Assembly (NCBI RefSeq): GCF_001194135.2 | Contig: NC_068984.1 | Coordinates: 90,247,659-90,307,735 of the forward strand | Reading direction: 5' to 3' | Origin: Octopus bimaculoides | Lineage: Eukaryota | DNA length: 60,077 nt | Shown here: positions 34,702 to 47,489 of the stretch, piece by piece | How positions within the stretch are numbered: the first letter of the stretch is position 1 | Layout: each line of letters starts with the position of its first letter | Translations under genes and position numbers: made by a program | The notes under the pieces: model-generated | The model's database searches: none | Told to the model about the DNA's origin: nothing | Seen by the model: only the letters and a program-made list of their open reading frames with translations

Positions 34702-35110
34702 TGTACTCTAAGCACAAGGCCCGAAGTTTTGGTGGAGGGAACCAGTCGATTAGATCAGTATGCAACTGGTACATAATTTATCGACCACGAAAGGATGAAA
34801 GGCAAAGCCGACCTCGGCGAAATTTTAACTCAGAACGTAAATACCGTTAAGCATTTCACCTGGCGTGCTAAAGTTTCTTATTTCTTTATTACCCACAAGG
34901 GGCTAAACATAGAAGGGACAAACAAGGACAGACAAAGGAATTAAGTTGATTACATCGACACCAGTACGTAACTGGTACTTAATTTATCAACCCCGAAGGA
35001 TGAAAGGCAAAGTCAACCTCGGTGGAATTTGAACTCAGAACGTAATGGCAGACGAAATACCGCTAAGCATTTCGTCTGGCATGCTAGCGTTTCTGCCAGC
35101 TCGCCGCCTT
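34702..35110 (-). mobile_element. Two tandem family-B SINEs (34879-35110 complete; 34702-34877 5'-clipped) with different 3' tails
   Basis: The same body motifs (GGATGAAAGGCAAAG.C.ACCTCGG) occur twice. Confidence 0.9.
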
Positions 35111-35647
35111 TTGATATCCATTGTTATAGCTTAAATCTATATCTATGGGAGAATATAGGTTGTAGTTATTGTAGCTCTAAGTTTCTCTTCATATTTATTA
35201 CGGAATTCTCCCTCCGAGAAACTAAGTAAATAAAGAAAATGATTTTGTTAGTTTTAAACAATTTTTTTATATCAACAAATTTAAATAAAAGCGAAGAGTT
35301 GTTATATATTACCAATATAATAATATATTATTATTTATATTTATTTACACGTTTTATTACCAACTCTAGATCAAATAAGACCCTGATACTTAATTTATAT
35401 ACTTAAATGTAGCCAAAGATTTCTTCGACCTAAACGAATTTGGATTGATATTATTTGAGATATATAGAGATCTATTTCGATAGTTGTAGATTCTATTTAC
35501 TTAATTATTTTCTCCGTTATAATATTTTTTCTTTAAATCGTAATTTTTATGTTGTTGCAAAAATTAACGCTCACCCATAGGAATTTGAATTAATTTTTTT
35601 ACAATCCAGCCGTTCTTTCACACGGAATTTCGTCTGTCTTTTAAACC

Positions 35648-35732
35648 AATGCTCTGAAGAGACTTATATAAATGGATATGAGTTGTTTATAAATCAAATG
35701 ATGTATGCAAGTCGAAACAACTTGTTGGCTTT
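35648..35732 (+). ncRNA. Degenerate type I hammerhead ribozyme motif with long stem II
   Basis: CTGAAGA 35654-60; stem II GACTT/AAGTC; GAAA 35714-17; CAACTTG stem III; GTT triplet; stem I AATGCT/GGCTTT with one mismatch and one G-U pair. Confidence 0.5.
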
Positions 35733-35866
35733 TTTAGTTTTTTAATAATTTTTTTATGCTATCTTATATTATATTCATATATATTATGTTATGATATAAA
35801 TGAATTATTAGATTGTCAATTGAATCTCTCTATCTAATTTATTGTTCATATATATATGTATATTCT

Positions 35867-35920
35867 AACAAAACTGTCCGATGAACGGGAACGTGAAACT
35901 CCGAGTAACAGTCTTTTGTT
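35867..35920 (+). ncRNA. Minimal type I hammerhead ribozyme motif
   Basis: Stem I ACTGT/ACAGT extended by AACAAA/TTTGTT across a 2-nt bulge; core CCGATGA (U4C variant); stem II ACG-GGAA-CGT; GAAA; stem III CT-CCG-AG; GTA triplet. Confidence 0.75.
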
Positions 35921-36017
35921 ATATTTCTGCTGCTTTTAAATAAAGCATATTACTCTACCTCTGGTATTTGAGTACTCTTTTTTCCACCTTGTTGCACATT
36001 TTATGTGCTTACTCTGG

Positions 36018-36050
<33 letters not shown>

Positions 36051-37151
36051 CACGAGTGTGCATGATGTATGTATAAGAATATATTACTCAAAGAAATTCC
36101 AACTTTGATTTTCACGTTTTATTTACAATCTTATAATAATATAATATAAGATAATATAATATAATGAAATGGTAGAATATTAAATGTCCATTCTGATTGA
36201 ACTAGTACTTTCATGCATTAAACTATGCAATCCTCNNNNNNNNNNNNNNNNNNNNNNNNNNNNNNNNNNNNNNNNNNNNNNNNNNNNNNNNNNNNNNNNN
36301 NNNNNNNNNNNNNNNNNNNNNNNNNNNNNNNNNNNNNNNNNNNNNNNNNNNNNNNNNNNNNNNNNNNNNNNNNNNNNNNNNNNNNNNNNNNNNNNNNNNN
36401 NNNNNNNNNNNNNNNNNNNNNNNNNNNNNNNNNNNNNNNNNNNNNNNNNNNNNNNNNNNNNNNNNNNNNNNNNNNNNNNNNNNNNNNNNNNNNNNNNNNN
36501 NNNNNNNNNNNNNNNNNNNNNNNNNNNNNNNNNNNNNNNNNNNNNNNNNNNNNNNNNNNNNNNNNNNNNNNNNNNNNNNNNNNNNNNNNNNNNNNNNNNN
36601 NNNNNNNNNNNNNNNNNNNNNNNNNNNNNNNNNNNNNNNNNNNNNNNNNNNNNNNNNNNNNNNNNNNNNNNNNNNNNNNNNNNNNNNNNNNNNNNNNNNN
36701 NNNNNNNNNNNNNNNNNNNNNNNNNNNNNNNNNNNNNNNNNNNNNNNNNNNNNNNNNNNNNNNNNNNNNNNNNNNNNNNNNNNNNNNNNNNTATATATAT
36801 ATATATATAGTATGTACATACACACTTTACCCTTGTTCCTAACACAAATTTAATTGCACTAAAAACACTTATTCCGTTGCCATTCCTAAACTTTTTACAA
36901 CAGTAAGACCCAAAAAATTTATTGGAATTAAACAAATATTTAATGACCAGCCACTTTCTTTCGCCTGATAACTCTCTACACCAAGCATTGATTTTCTTTT
37001 ATTCTTTTTCTTTTTGATCTTTTTATTCTACTTCTATTTATCTTCACGTTTTCTACGCTTTTATCCATATCGATCTTCTCTCTTCCTCTTTTTTATCCTT
37101 TTCTTTCTTCCTCTTTTTCTTCCTCTCTTCTTCTTCTTCTTCTTCTTCTTC

Positions 37152-37221
<70 letters not shown>

Positions 37222-37244
37222 CATCATCATCATCATTATTGTTG

Positions 37245-37460
37245 AAGGCAGCGAGCTGGCAAAATCGTTAGCACGCCGGGTAAAATGCTTACCTGCATTT
37301 CGTCTGTCTTAATGTTCTGAGTTCCAATGTCACCGGAATCGACTTTTCCTTTCATCCGTTCGGGGGCGATAAATTAAGTACCACTGAAAAACTGGGGTTT
37401 ATGTAATCGACTACTCTCCCTCCACACCAAATTTGAGGTCTTGTGCCTTCAGTAGAAAGG

Positions 37461-37462
<2 letters not shown>
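37245..37462 (+). mobile_element. Family-B SINE ending in (TTA)n
   Basis: AAGGCAGCGAGCTGGCAAAATC head; tail ...GTGCCTTCAGTAGAAAGGATTATT. Confidence 0.9.
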
Positions 37463-37535
<73 letters not shown>

Positions 37536-38210
37536 TGATATTTGTTTAATTCCAAGAAATTTGATAGGTCTTACTGTTGTAAAAGATTTAGGAATAATAA
37601 CGGAATAAGCGTGTTTTAATTAAATTTGTGTTAGGAAGAAGGGTAAAGTGTGTATGTACATAATATATATAGAGAGAGAGAAAGAGAGAGAGGGGGAGAG
37701 AGAGATGAATACATTTATATATAGGTACACATATAGGTACAGCGTGTACATATATCCACCCAAATATATTTGTAGATATACTTGGGGGTGACTACTTCAA
37801 AGGAATACCGTGAAGTAACTCAAAATAATGAATAAAGTTTCACCAAGATACCCCAGTGTCCATATCGAAAATCATATCCACTAGTTACACTATTTACCGT
37901 AGGTGAAAAGAAGTAGCCCTTACATTGAGACCCGAGAGATAATTGGGAAACCAACATTTGCTTCAAACCAAAGAGGAAATGGAGGCGAGACATTTCATTT
38001 TCATTATTAATCACTAATTTTCAATTCGGGAAAATAACTTTCCTAAATCTAGTAGTCTTTTAATGTTTAGTGACTTCCCTGGTCTCATCATCAGAATGAA
38101 TGATAGTTAAGTCCTAGTAAGTTTTATAATTTATTGTACGTGTGGTTTGTCTGTATTGATGTTTGGTTTGTATTTTGTTATTACGTACTTCATTATATTG
38201 AATGGATTGT

Positions 38211-38430
38211 AAGGCGGTGAGCAGGCAGAATCGTTAGCACGCCGGGCGAAATGCTTAGCGGTATTTCGTCCGCCGTTATGTTCTGAGCTTAAATTCCGCC
38301 GAGGTCGACTTTGCCTTTCATCCTTTCGGGGTTGATAAATTAAGTACCAGTTACGTACTGGGGTCAATGTAATCGACTATTCTCCTCCCCTAAATTTCAG
38401 GCCTTGTGCCTATACTAGAAAGGATTATAA
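38211..38430 (+). mobile_element. Family-B SINE with an 11-bp target-site duplication
   Basis: TGAATGGATTG at 38199-38209 and 38431-38441. Confidence 0.93.
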
Positions 38431-38852
38431 TGAATGGATTGCGATAGTTTTTGTAAATACATAGACAGTCGACATGAAGGTGTCGTACTTGTGTGTCTGA
38501 TGCGACATTATGATTCATAAAGTTTCAACTTTCACACTGACGTTGAAGTTTGCATATTCTGTGGTTTTCTAGTTTGTGGTTTCGTGGTTATCAGAATGTT
38601 TTACATAAGTGCGTATGGGGCACGCGCCCGCGCGTGCGTGTGTGTGTATTTGTATGCATGTCAGTACGTCTTTATCAACGATGTATGACGAGACGAATTC
38701 AGATGTAAATAATAGTTTATATTATATTGGGTTAGAACCCTTAGATCGAAAAATAGGCAGAAAGCTGTCCTAATCAGGACTACCACATTATGTTGGCAAA
38801 TATTCTTTACTCTCTCTCTCTTTCTCTTGCTCTCTCTCCCTCTCTCTCTCTA

Positions 38853-38891
<39 letters not shown>

Positions 38892-39072
38892 ATATCTATA
38901 TATATATAATAGTGTATAAGCGTTTATACTCGGAGAGGAGACCACCATGTGGACTCCTCTCTATGTATAAATTCTGATACACTATTATATTATGAAAATA
39001 TTTATCTTCTGACTTTTATCACGCAGGCATCCATTGGTATAAATTATTTATTTAATAATTTTTACCCTGTAT

Positions 39073-39192
<120 letters not shown>

Positions 39193-39722
39193 ATATGTAT
39201 GTACTAACTGCCTGTAGGAACACCGTATTTCGTTTGCAATATAGCAACAAGTGTATTAAATGTTTATAAATTTATATTGTGTCCTGCATCGTGTTACGTT
39301 GCTTTGCTTTCATTTCTTAAATGCTTCCCTACAGATTTTCTATAGAATATTTAGAGCCAACACTAACAGTTTCGACATTCCGCATACTAATACGTCTATG
39401 TAAACAATGCAATTGAAGATAGAAAAGTAGATAATAGGTGTATATACATACTTCAGGAGTTATTGCTCCATCCTCAGCAGCACATTCAACCCATTGACTA
39501 TCCACGAATACATTGCTTAAATAGACAATCGCAGCCTGCCCACGAACTGACACAACACACACCTTATGTATGTGTTTTTGATATTGTTTATGTATATGTA
39601 TATGTGTTTGTACATATACACACATACATACATAATACATACATACATACATTCATACATACAAACATACATACATACATACATGTAGGTATATCAAAAT
39701 AAAGAGGGATTAATAAGGGAAA

Positions 39723-39768
<46 letters not shown>

Positions 39769-40267
39769 ATATATATATATGTATATATTTATTTATTTAT
39801 TTATTTAGATAGATACATNNNNNNNNNNNNNNNNNNNNNNNNNNNNNNNNNNNNNNNNNNNNNNNNNNNNNNNNNNTGGGAGGGGGAAGGAAAGAAAAAG
39901 AAAGAAAAAGAAATAGGGGTGTGTCGATCAAAAGGGATCGTAGGAAGGGAAAAAGGAGGGAGTTCGATCAAAAGGGATCGAAAAAAAACCATCAATAGGG
40001 ATCGTGTATCACAGTCATGTTCTTGTGTAAAAAGAGGGGAGGACAGTTTAGGTTTAGCCGTGGAAAGAAAAGCCTACGGAAAAGACCACGGTAACCTTGG
40101 TCAATATTGTCATTGAAGAAACTATAACAGTAAGTGACTCTTTTGCCTTTTAGATAGATAGATAGATAGATAGATAGATGCATACATACATACATACATA
40201 CATACATACATACATAAATACATAGATACATATAGGCACACACACGTATATATACATGCATACATAT

Positions 40268-40335
40268 AGTCTTCTAGTATATCGTAGGTCCGACCAAAAC
40301 CTTGTGGGTTGATATGGTACACGAAAACTGAAAGA
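40268..40335 (+). mobile_element. Family-A SINE internal fragment
   Basis: GTCTTCTAGTATA..CCGACCAAAACCTTGTG..AACTGAAAG aligns with the reverse complement of 71-150. Confidence 0.65.
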
Positions 40336-41442
40336 TATATGTATAAAAGTTAGGTAGGTAGGTAGGTAGGTGGGTAGGTAGGTAGGTATCTATGCTTATA
40401 TACACATATATACTTGAGAGTTATTATATAGGTATATATATATATAATTAGAAGGTATGTTAACTCCGTGAAGGGATGGTTGCATCCAAGGAAGTACTGG
40501 TTCAATACCTAGTATTTTGGAGGAATGAAATTCTCTTACAACAATACGTATATATAAAGCATATAGTCTATATATATATAAAAGAAGAAAAGAAAATGGT
40601 GATTAAGACGTTAATAATTGTTTATTATTAACAACAAATTAGTCATCTTTGCTTCTTACAACTTTTTCAATTAATACTCAATTACAAATTTGTACATCAA
40701 ATTTACATCTGTGTGTCAAGAGTATAATTTTATCAGAGGGAAAAAGATGTACCGTTGGATGTTAGTTTATATGTCACATAAATGTAAATTTAATGTACAA
40801 ATTTGTAATTAATCTATAAAGTATTGAAACACCCGTAAGAAGCGAAGGTGGCCAATTTGTTGTTAATAATAAACAATTATTAACTTCCTAATCTCCATTA
40901 TTTTTTTCTTTTGTTTTATTTGTGTGTGTGTGTGTGTGTGTGTGTNNNNNNNNNNNNNNNNNNNNNNNNNNNNNNNNNNNNNNNNNNNNNNNNNNNNNNN
41001 NNNNNNNNNNNNNNNNNNNNNNNNNNNNNNNNNNNNNNNNNNNNNNNNNNNNNNNNNNNNNNNNNNNNNNNNNNNNNNNNNNNNNNNNNNNNNNNNNNNN
41101 NNNNNNNNNNNNNNNNNNNNNNNNNNNNNNNNNNNNNNNNNNNNNNNNNNNNNNNNNNNNNNNNNNNNNNNNNNNNNNNNNNNNNNNNNNNNNNNNNNNN
41201 NNNNNNNNNNNNNNNNNNNNNNNNNNNNNNNNNNNNNNNNNNNNNNNNNNNNNNNNNNNNNNNNNNNNNNNNNNNNNNNNNNNNNNNNNNNNNNNNNNNN
41301 NNNNNNNNNNNNNNNNNNNNNNNNNNNNNNNNNNNNNNNNNNNNNNNNNNNNNNNNNNNNNNNNNNNNNNNNNNNNNNNNNNNNNNNNNNNNNNNNNNNN
41401 NNNNNNNNNNNNNNNNNNNNNNNNNNTATATATATATACACG

Positions 41443-41478
<36 letters not shown>

Positions 41479-42059
41479 CACATACATACATACATACATA
41501 CATACATACATACATACATACATACATACGTACGTGTGTATTTGTTTATGTGAGTGTGAGTGTGTGTGTGTGTGAGTGTGTGTGTGTGTGAGTGTGTGTG
41601 TGTGTGAGTGTGTGGGTTTGTGTATGTGTGTTTATTTGCTTGTTTTATTGTCCCCTTGCCCTAATATAGGACAATGCCAGCAAGCAAGTGTAACTTTCAT
41701 GCAAGACGTGTTCGTTCCCAATCCCCCATGTAAACATGTATCCGCATGATGAAGTATTACCTGAAAATAGGTAAAGGGTGGTGATACATCCAGCCATACA
41801 AAATGTGTATGATCAATGCGAGCATGGAAAACTAGATATGTCACATATATTTACATATACAGTATATATGTAAACCCGTCTTCACCCGGTCTGTTTGGAT
41901 GATGTGGCTGTGATTGTTTTCGGTTAGGCATAATCTATAACACCGTTTCTCAACCTTATCATTTCGGGTCCCCTGTTTCGATTGGAGCCTCTAGCTGTAT
42001 GAAGATTTCACCCCCACCCCACCCCCTATCAGAAAATGGCTTCAGGTGTTGGGAAGGAA

Positions 42060-44222
42060 GAATTTGTACGTAGTCTATTTCTGAGAGCTATTCTATTGTA
42101 CGTCTGTCTAATCATTAAAACATTTATTTAATTATGAACATAGAAAAAAAATTATACATTAATCCCAATTTTTGTAAGCAGTTGTATCCGTAAACATTTT
42201 ATTTGCAGAGAGCAGAAATTGAAAGATATATGAAATGGACGTGCGTGTGTGTGTGCGTGTGTGTGTGTATGTGAGAGAGAAAGAGAGATAGAGTGTATGA
42301 GTTAAGTTGTGTGTCATTGACTTACGTTGGCTGGCATGGCAAGAACGAAACTTTTGATGCGGCAGATGACTGGGGTGATTTGAAAGATGTGAAGAAATGC
42401 CGTCTTTTCAGTGGAGCGCTTCTTTGTAGGCAACGTTTCTCGCTTTCCCTTCTGATGCACAAATGTATAGACTTTGTGGTCTGCCAACATGGGAGCATCC
42501 AACGTAAAGTTGACCGTAGGAGAACACTTCCTCTGTGATATTGAAACCAACCATTTGCAATGATTGACCCTGTACCTTATAATTCTGCATATTATGTAGT
42601 TTGAATGAGAAACTGTAAGGTGTGTGAGCAACTGGTTGTGTTAATGGCAGATGAAAGGGGAATTGCATTAGAGAAAGATTTAATCGATGGAATAAGTAAT
42701 TCGTATCCGAAAACGGGGATTTTTAGCAAAAAAAATGTTTGAAATAATGAAATTTGTGAGAAAATGGGGTGGGAGGAAGGGCAGAAGTCTTTCCAAAGTA
42801 TCTTCGCGGGAAACAGCTTCAGGAGTTGTGAAGAAAGAATATGTAGGTAGTCTGTTTATGAGAACTATTGTATTGGACCTATGTCTAATCACGCCTTTTA
42901 AGGTTCACACACATACATAGAAAATGCACGGTCATGGTAGAAAATTTTTACCATAGTTGATTTATGGAAAAGATTATGTTTGAAATGCAAATCTGTGAAT
43001 GAAAATTGAGTTCAGACCTATACATGGTAGGTAGATCTGGTAGAAAAAGCAGCCAAATCTCCCTCAAAACACCCTACTGTATTAATGTGACAATTCTGCG
43101 TATTATGTAGTTTGAATGAGAAACTGTAAGGTGTGTGAGCAACTGGTTGTGTTAATGGCAGAAGAAAGGGGAATTGCATTAGAAAAAGTTTTAATCGATG
43201 TTCTCGGTAAGTGTGCGGGTTAGGAAAAAATAAAAGAGGCATTAAGAAGTTGACGTTAAGAATTGCTTTAACAGAAAATGAACTGGAAGAATTAACGGGG
43301 AAATTGTATGTAAGAATTAATAGCAGATGTATCCAATTTAAGAAAAGTGAAGTAATTGTTATATGCTTATAGAAAAACAATTTATATTATAGAATAGATA
43401 CATACTTGTTGAAGACGAAAATGTATGTGAGAGCTATTGTATTGGACGTGTGTATAATCATAGAGAAAGTGAAAGACATATGAAATGGACATGTGTGTGT
43501 GTGTATGTGCGTGTGTTTTTTGCGACTAATTTGGCAGGAATTTTGCAGTCAGCAGGAGGTGGTTTATGTTTTATCTCTCGATAAATGGCCGGACAAGTGA
43601 AAATATTTTTTTAATATGTGGTATGGGGAAAGGGGATCTGTTGAAGTGGGCGTCAAATGAAAAGAGACATGGACAGTTTTGACTCAACTTCTTTTGAAGT
43701 TGGCGTGAGACGGAAGAATTGATTTGTGTGCGTATGTCTGTGCGGGTGTGTGTGTGTGTGTGTGTATGTTTGATGGCGTGTGCGAGACAGAGAGAGTAAG
43801 GTTGATGGTGCGTGTGTATATGAGAGGGAGAGAAACAAAAGAAAGAGAGAAAGAGGGATAATTGAAATTTTCATTCAGTTTTTGTAGTAAGTGAATGTGT
43901 TAGTGATTGACAGAGAAAAACCGAGAGAGAATGGGAGAGAGAGAGAGTGGTTATTTATTTATTTATGTATGTATGTATGTATGTATGTATGTATGAATGA
44001 ATGACTTCAGTGACACACACTCACATACACGCACCCACGCATGCATGCAGGTTGTTTTAATCGATTTTCTCGGTAACTATGGGGGTTAAGAAAAAATACA
44101 AAGCGCATTCCAATTTATGCACCCGTCTCCACATGTGTGCCATTTTTCATGCAAATCCACCAAGCCGTTTGGCTGTGAACCTCGAGACAAGAAATAATAC
44201 ATGTTCAATTTATATTATATAT
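42060..44222 (-). mobile_element. Composite non-autonomous Helitron-like element with internal duplications
   Basis: 43945-44222 is the reverse-complement homolog of 59762-60030; 42581-42689 duplicates 43092-43200; a GAGA.CTATT.TATTG motif recurs near 42084, 42859 and 43429. The left boundary is uncertain. Confidence 0.5.
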
Positions 44223-44473
44223 ANNNNNNNNNNNNNNNNNNNNNNNNNNNNNNNNNNNNNNNNNNNNNNNNNNNNNNNNNNNNNNNNNNNNNNNNNNNNN
44301 NNNNNNNNNNNNNNNNNNNNNNNNNNNNNNNNNNNNNNNNNNNNNNNNNNNNNNNNNNNNNNNNNNNNNNNNNNNNNNNNNNNNNNNNNNNNNNNNNNNN
44401 NNNNNNNNNNNNNNNNNNNNNNNNNNNNNNNNNNNNNNNNNNTATGTGTATGTGTGTGTGTGTGTGTGTGTGT

Positions 44474-44523
<50 letters not shown>

Positions 44524-44532
44524 GTATGTATA

Positions 44533-44940
44533 TAGGCGCAGGAATGGCTGTGTGGTAAGTAGCTTGCCTACCAACTACATAGCTCCGGGTTCAGTCCCAC
44601 TGCAGGCCGACCAAAGCCTTTTTAGTGGATTTGCTAGACGGAACCTGAAAGAGGCCCGTCGTATGTGTGAGTGTGTGTTTGTGTGTTTGTGTGTGTATGT
44701 TTGTGTGTTTGGGTGTTTGTGTGTGTATGTTTGTGTGTCTGTGTCTGTCTCCTCACCATTGCTTGACAACTGATGCTGGTGTGTTACGTCCCCGTAAATT
44801 AGCGGTTTGACAAAAGAGACCGATAGAATAAGTACTAGGCTTACAAAGAATAAGTATTTGGGTCGAATTACTCGACTAAAGGCGGTGCTCCAGCATGGCC
44901 GCAGTCAAATTACTGAACCAAATAAAAGAATAAAAGAATA
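44533..44940 (+). mobile_element. Family-A SINE, head plus internal microsatellite plus 3' module
   Basis: GGCGCAGGAATGGCTGTGTGG head; (TG)-rich spacer; tail GGCGGTGCTCCAGCATGGCCGCAGTC...AAAAGAATAAAAGAATA. A tail fragment also occurs reversed near 33735-33778. Confidence 0.88.
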
Positions 44941-47489
44941 TATAACACACACAAACATACATTACGTGGCCGATATTTTGAACAGGGACCTTACCACCGT
45001 ACCTGATTCTTGAAGTGCTTCAATTCAATATAAATAAATATATACCTACTTGGTTTCTGACATCTATCAATGGTTTCTCTCATGGTTTTGATAATTCCAT
45101 GTTCTATCATTTATAAAACAGTCAGCATTTTTATGACACGGGTATACTAGTTAATATATTTATTTTAAATGATATTCCCATGTGTGATTTTTAATAATAT
45201 AATATAGATACAAAATATGTAGGTGGAGAAACGACACTCCTCAGAAAAATATCTCAGCTTTATCTAATAATTAGTTTATTAAAAATATATCTTGCTTTTA
45301 CGTTTCGTGATTACTTAGAAAGTAATAATAAAATAAAACCATATGTTAACAAGTTATTACGAGTAAAAGAACCCAACTTGTTAAATTTCATTGTAATTCA
45401 ATTATTTCTTAATCGTTGCTCACGTAACAGTATGTACAGTCTCTAGGATGTGTATCAAATTAGTTTGAATATATTTATGAGTGTTGACTGAAAGTTTTGG
45501 AAAGTTTTGTTCTAAAAATATTTACTTTTACATCCTAAACGGAAACGAATGCAGCAAACATGCCGTTTCATCGACTTGAAAATGATTAAAGACACTGTAG
45601 TTAGTGGCCGAATTTAAAATCAGAATTAGATATACGAAATTACATACTAGAAGATATTTGTTGCAGTGAACTACCATTTATGTCACTTTACCGCCCAAAA
45701 CTCTAAAGGTTTATTTCTCCTAAGATATAAGTTAGTGATACTTCCATCATTGTACTACTGAAGTTTCTTATAGCAACTCTCTATAAAAGTGAAAGACGAG
45801 TCAAATATTTTATTGTTACTGACAACGAATCCACACGAATTACTCTTATAGTAATTTTTTGAGATACAGAAGTGATAATATCGAACTTTTTTTAACTCTA
45901 GCACAAGACCAAAAATCAGTTAGGAAAGAACATTTGTTGGTATGCTTGCCTTTCTCAATATCACTTCTCTAGTCACTAAAACAGAGCATTGAAGAGCAAG
46001 ATATAAGCTCTTGGCAAGTGTCGTACACGGTGCAGGTTTGATTTCCTATTTGAAGCTAATTCAAATCACTTGCTTCACTAATGCGCTAGAACGTCACACA
46101 ATCTCATTCCCTTCACTTATAAATATGTCATTTTACCTAAGTAACATTTATTCAGAGTCCATAAAATATTTCGAAAACTGTATATGAATGTAATCGATTC
46201 TTATTCGATAGTATTTCCACAAATGCTCGTTCGTCTTTCAGTCTCCTTCACTTAACAGTTAAAAGTTTACTCCTAACTAAACTTTCTTAAGCTTTGGATG
46301 TACAAGTAAATATCAGTCAACATTTCAGTAAGAATATGTTCAAAAAGTGAAAGTAGCAAACATTACATCGTGTCTGAAAAATCTGTTATCATTTCTCATT
46401 ATATTGTAATCTTCAAATCGTTTCCTCGAATTGAGATTGTACGGACTATATTCTATTTTTTTCACAACTGCTAACTAAATAGAACTATATGTGATTCAGT
46501 TCGAGGGAAAATATATTCTTGAAAACCTGTTGTAGATCAAGTAACAAAGTACAGAATTTTACGCTAAACATATTTTGATAAGTGCATTCTGTGAAATTAA
46601 TTTTCTGTAACTAAGCAACAAAGAAAGTAAGAAGTAATCCTATTAAGTGTTAATTAATTAATCTTTACTTAACTCGGTTGAACTTAATAGCGAATGGTGT
46701 CGTAGCTCAAGTAAAAAATTAAAAAAACATATATTACTTTTTTCCAATCCCAAGCAATTATGTAATTGTAATTCGGTATGTGAGAGTTACAAGTGATGCG
46801 TGTCGATAGTGGTGACTGCCTTTCTCTGGGTCGAATAAGCATATCTCATCTGTGGTTTAGCATTCTGTTCAAGGTCAACAAACTGAAATCTTAGAAATAA
46901 ACCCTTAACTGAAAGTGAATACCCTATAATAGGTTACTCAATATTTTAAAGCTTACAAATATTTTTGGTGGTATTAATGCGGATCGTTCTTTGTTGTTTT
47001 TTTAAGGGTTGAGTGTCATAACGGAAGTGTTAAATTTGAGCTATTTAGAGGAAATAATGATTAACTTAATTTCAAAAATAAATATAGGTTTCTTTAAAAT
47101 TGCTTTATGAAGTACCCTTTTCAATGAAAAAGAAATCTTATGCAGGTGAAAGGAAAGATAATAGTTCTATAATGAAATAGGAAACTACGTTAGCTTCCAA
47201 ATAATGTCTTAGAAATTTCAAATGACGTTCTATTTAAGGATTGGGAAAGGAAAGGGTAAGCGTTTTGTTCAAAGTGAACACAAATTATTTGATTTCATGT
47301 CATTAATAAGTAGTGCAATTTAAAACAACAGTTTTCCATGTTACAGTTTACGAAGAGAGAGAAAAATTAAATATCAAATTACGCATGTAAGACGGAAATA
47401 AAATGCACTTTGTCTAAAACATTTATCAAAAAGAAAATACAGAATATAAATAAAGTTTAGAAAATTTATCACTTTGAACAAAGCAATTT

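Noticed and set aside
36180-36935. Long ORFs across N-runs (also 758-1305, 28507-29031, 40863-41527, 44079-44773, 54274-54834)
   Set aside because: Artefacts of gaps and flanking microsatellites.
38050-38100. CTGATGA on the minus strand with a GAC/GTC stem
   Set aside because: Extra TGA, no GAAA and no stem I; too degenerate to call.
39920-40005. Repeated TCGATCAAAAGGGATCG motif as a regulatory array
   Set aside because: Two to three copies beside a gap in purine-rich low-complexity sequence; more likely local duplication within a repeat.
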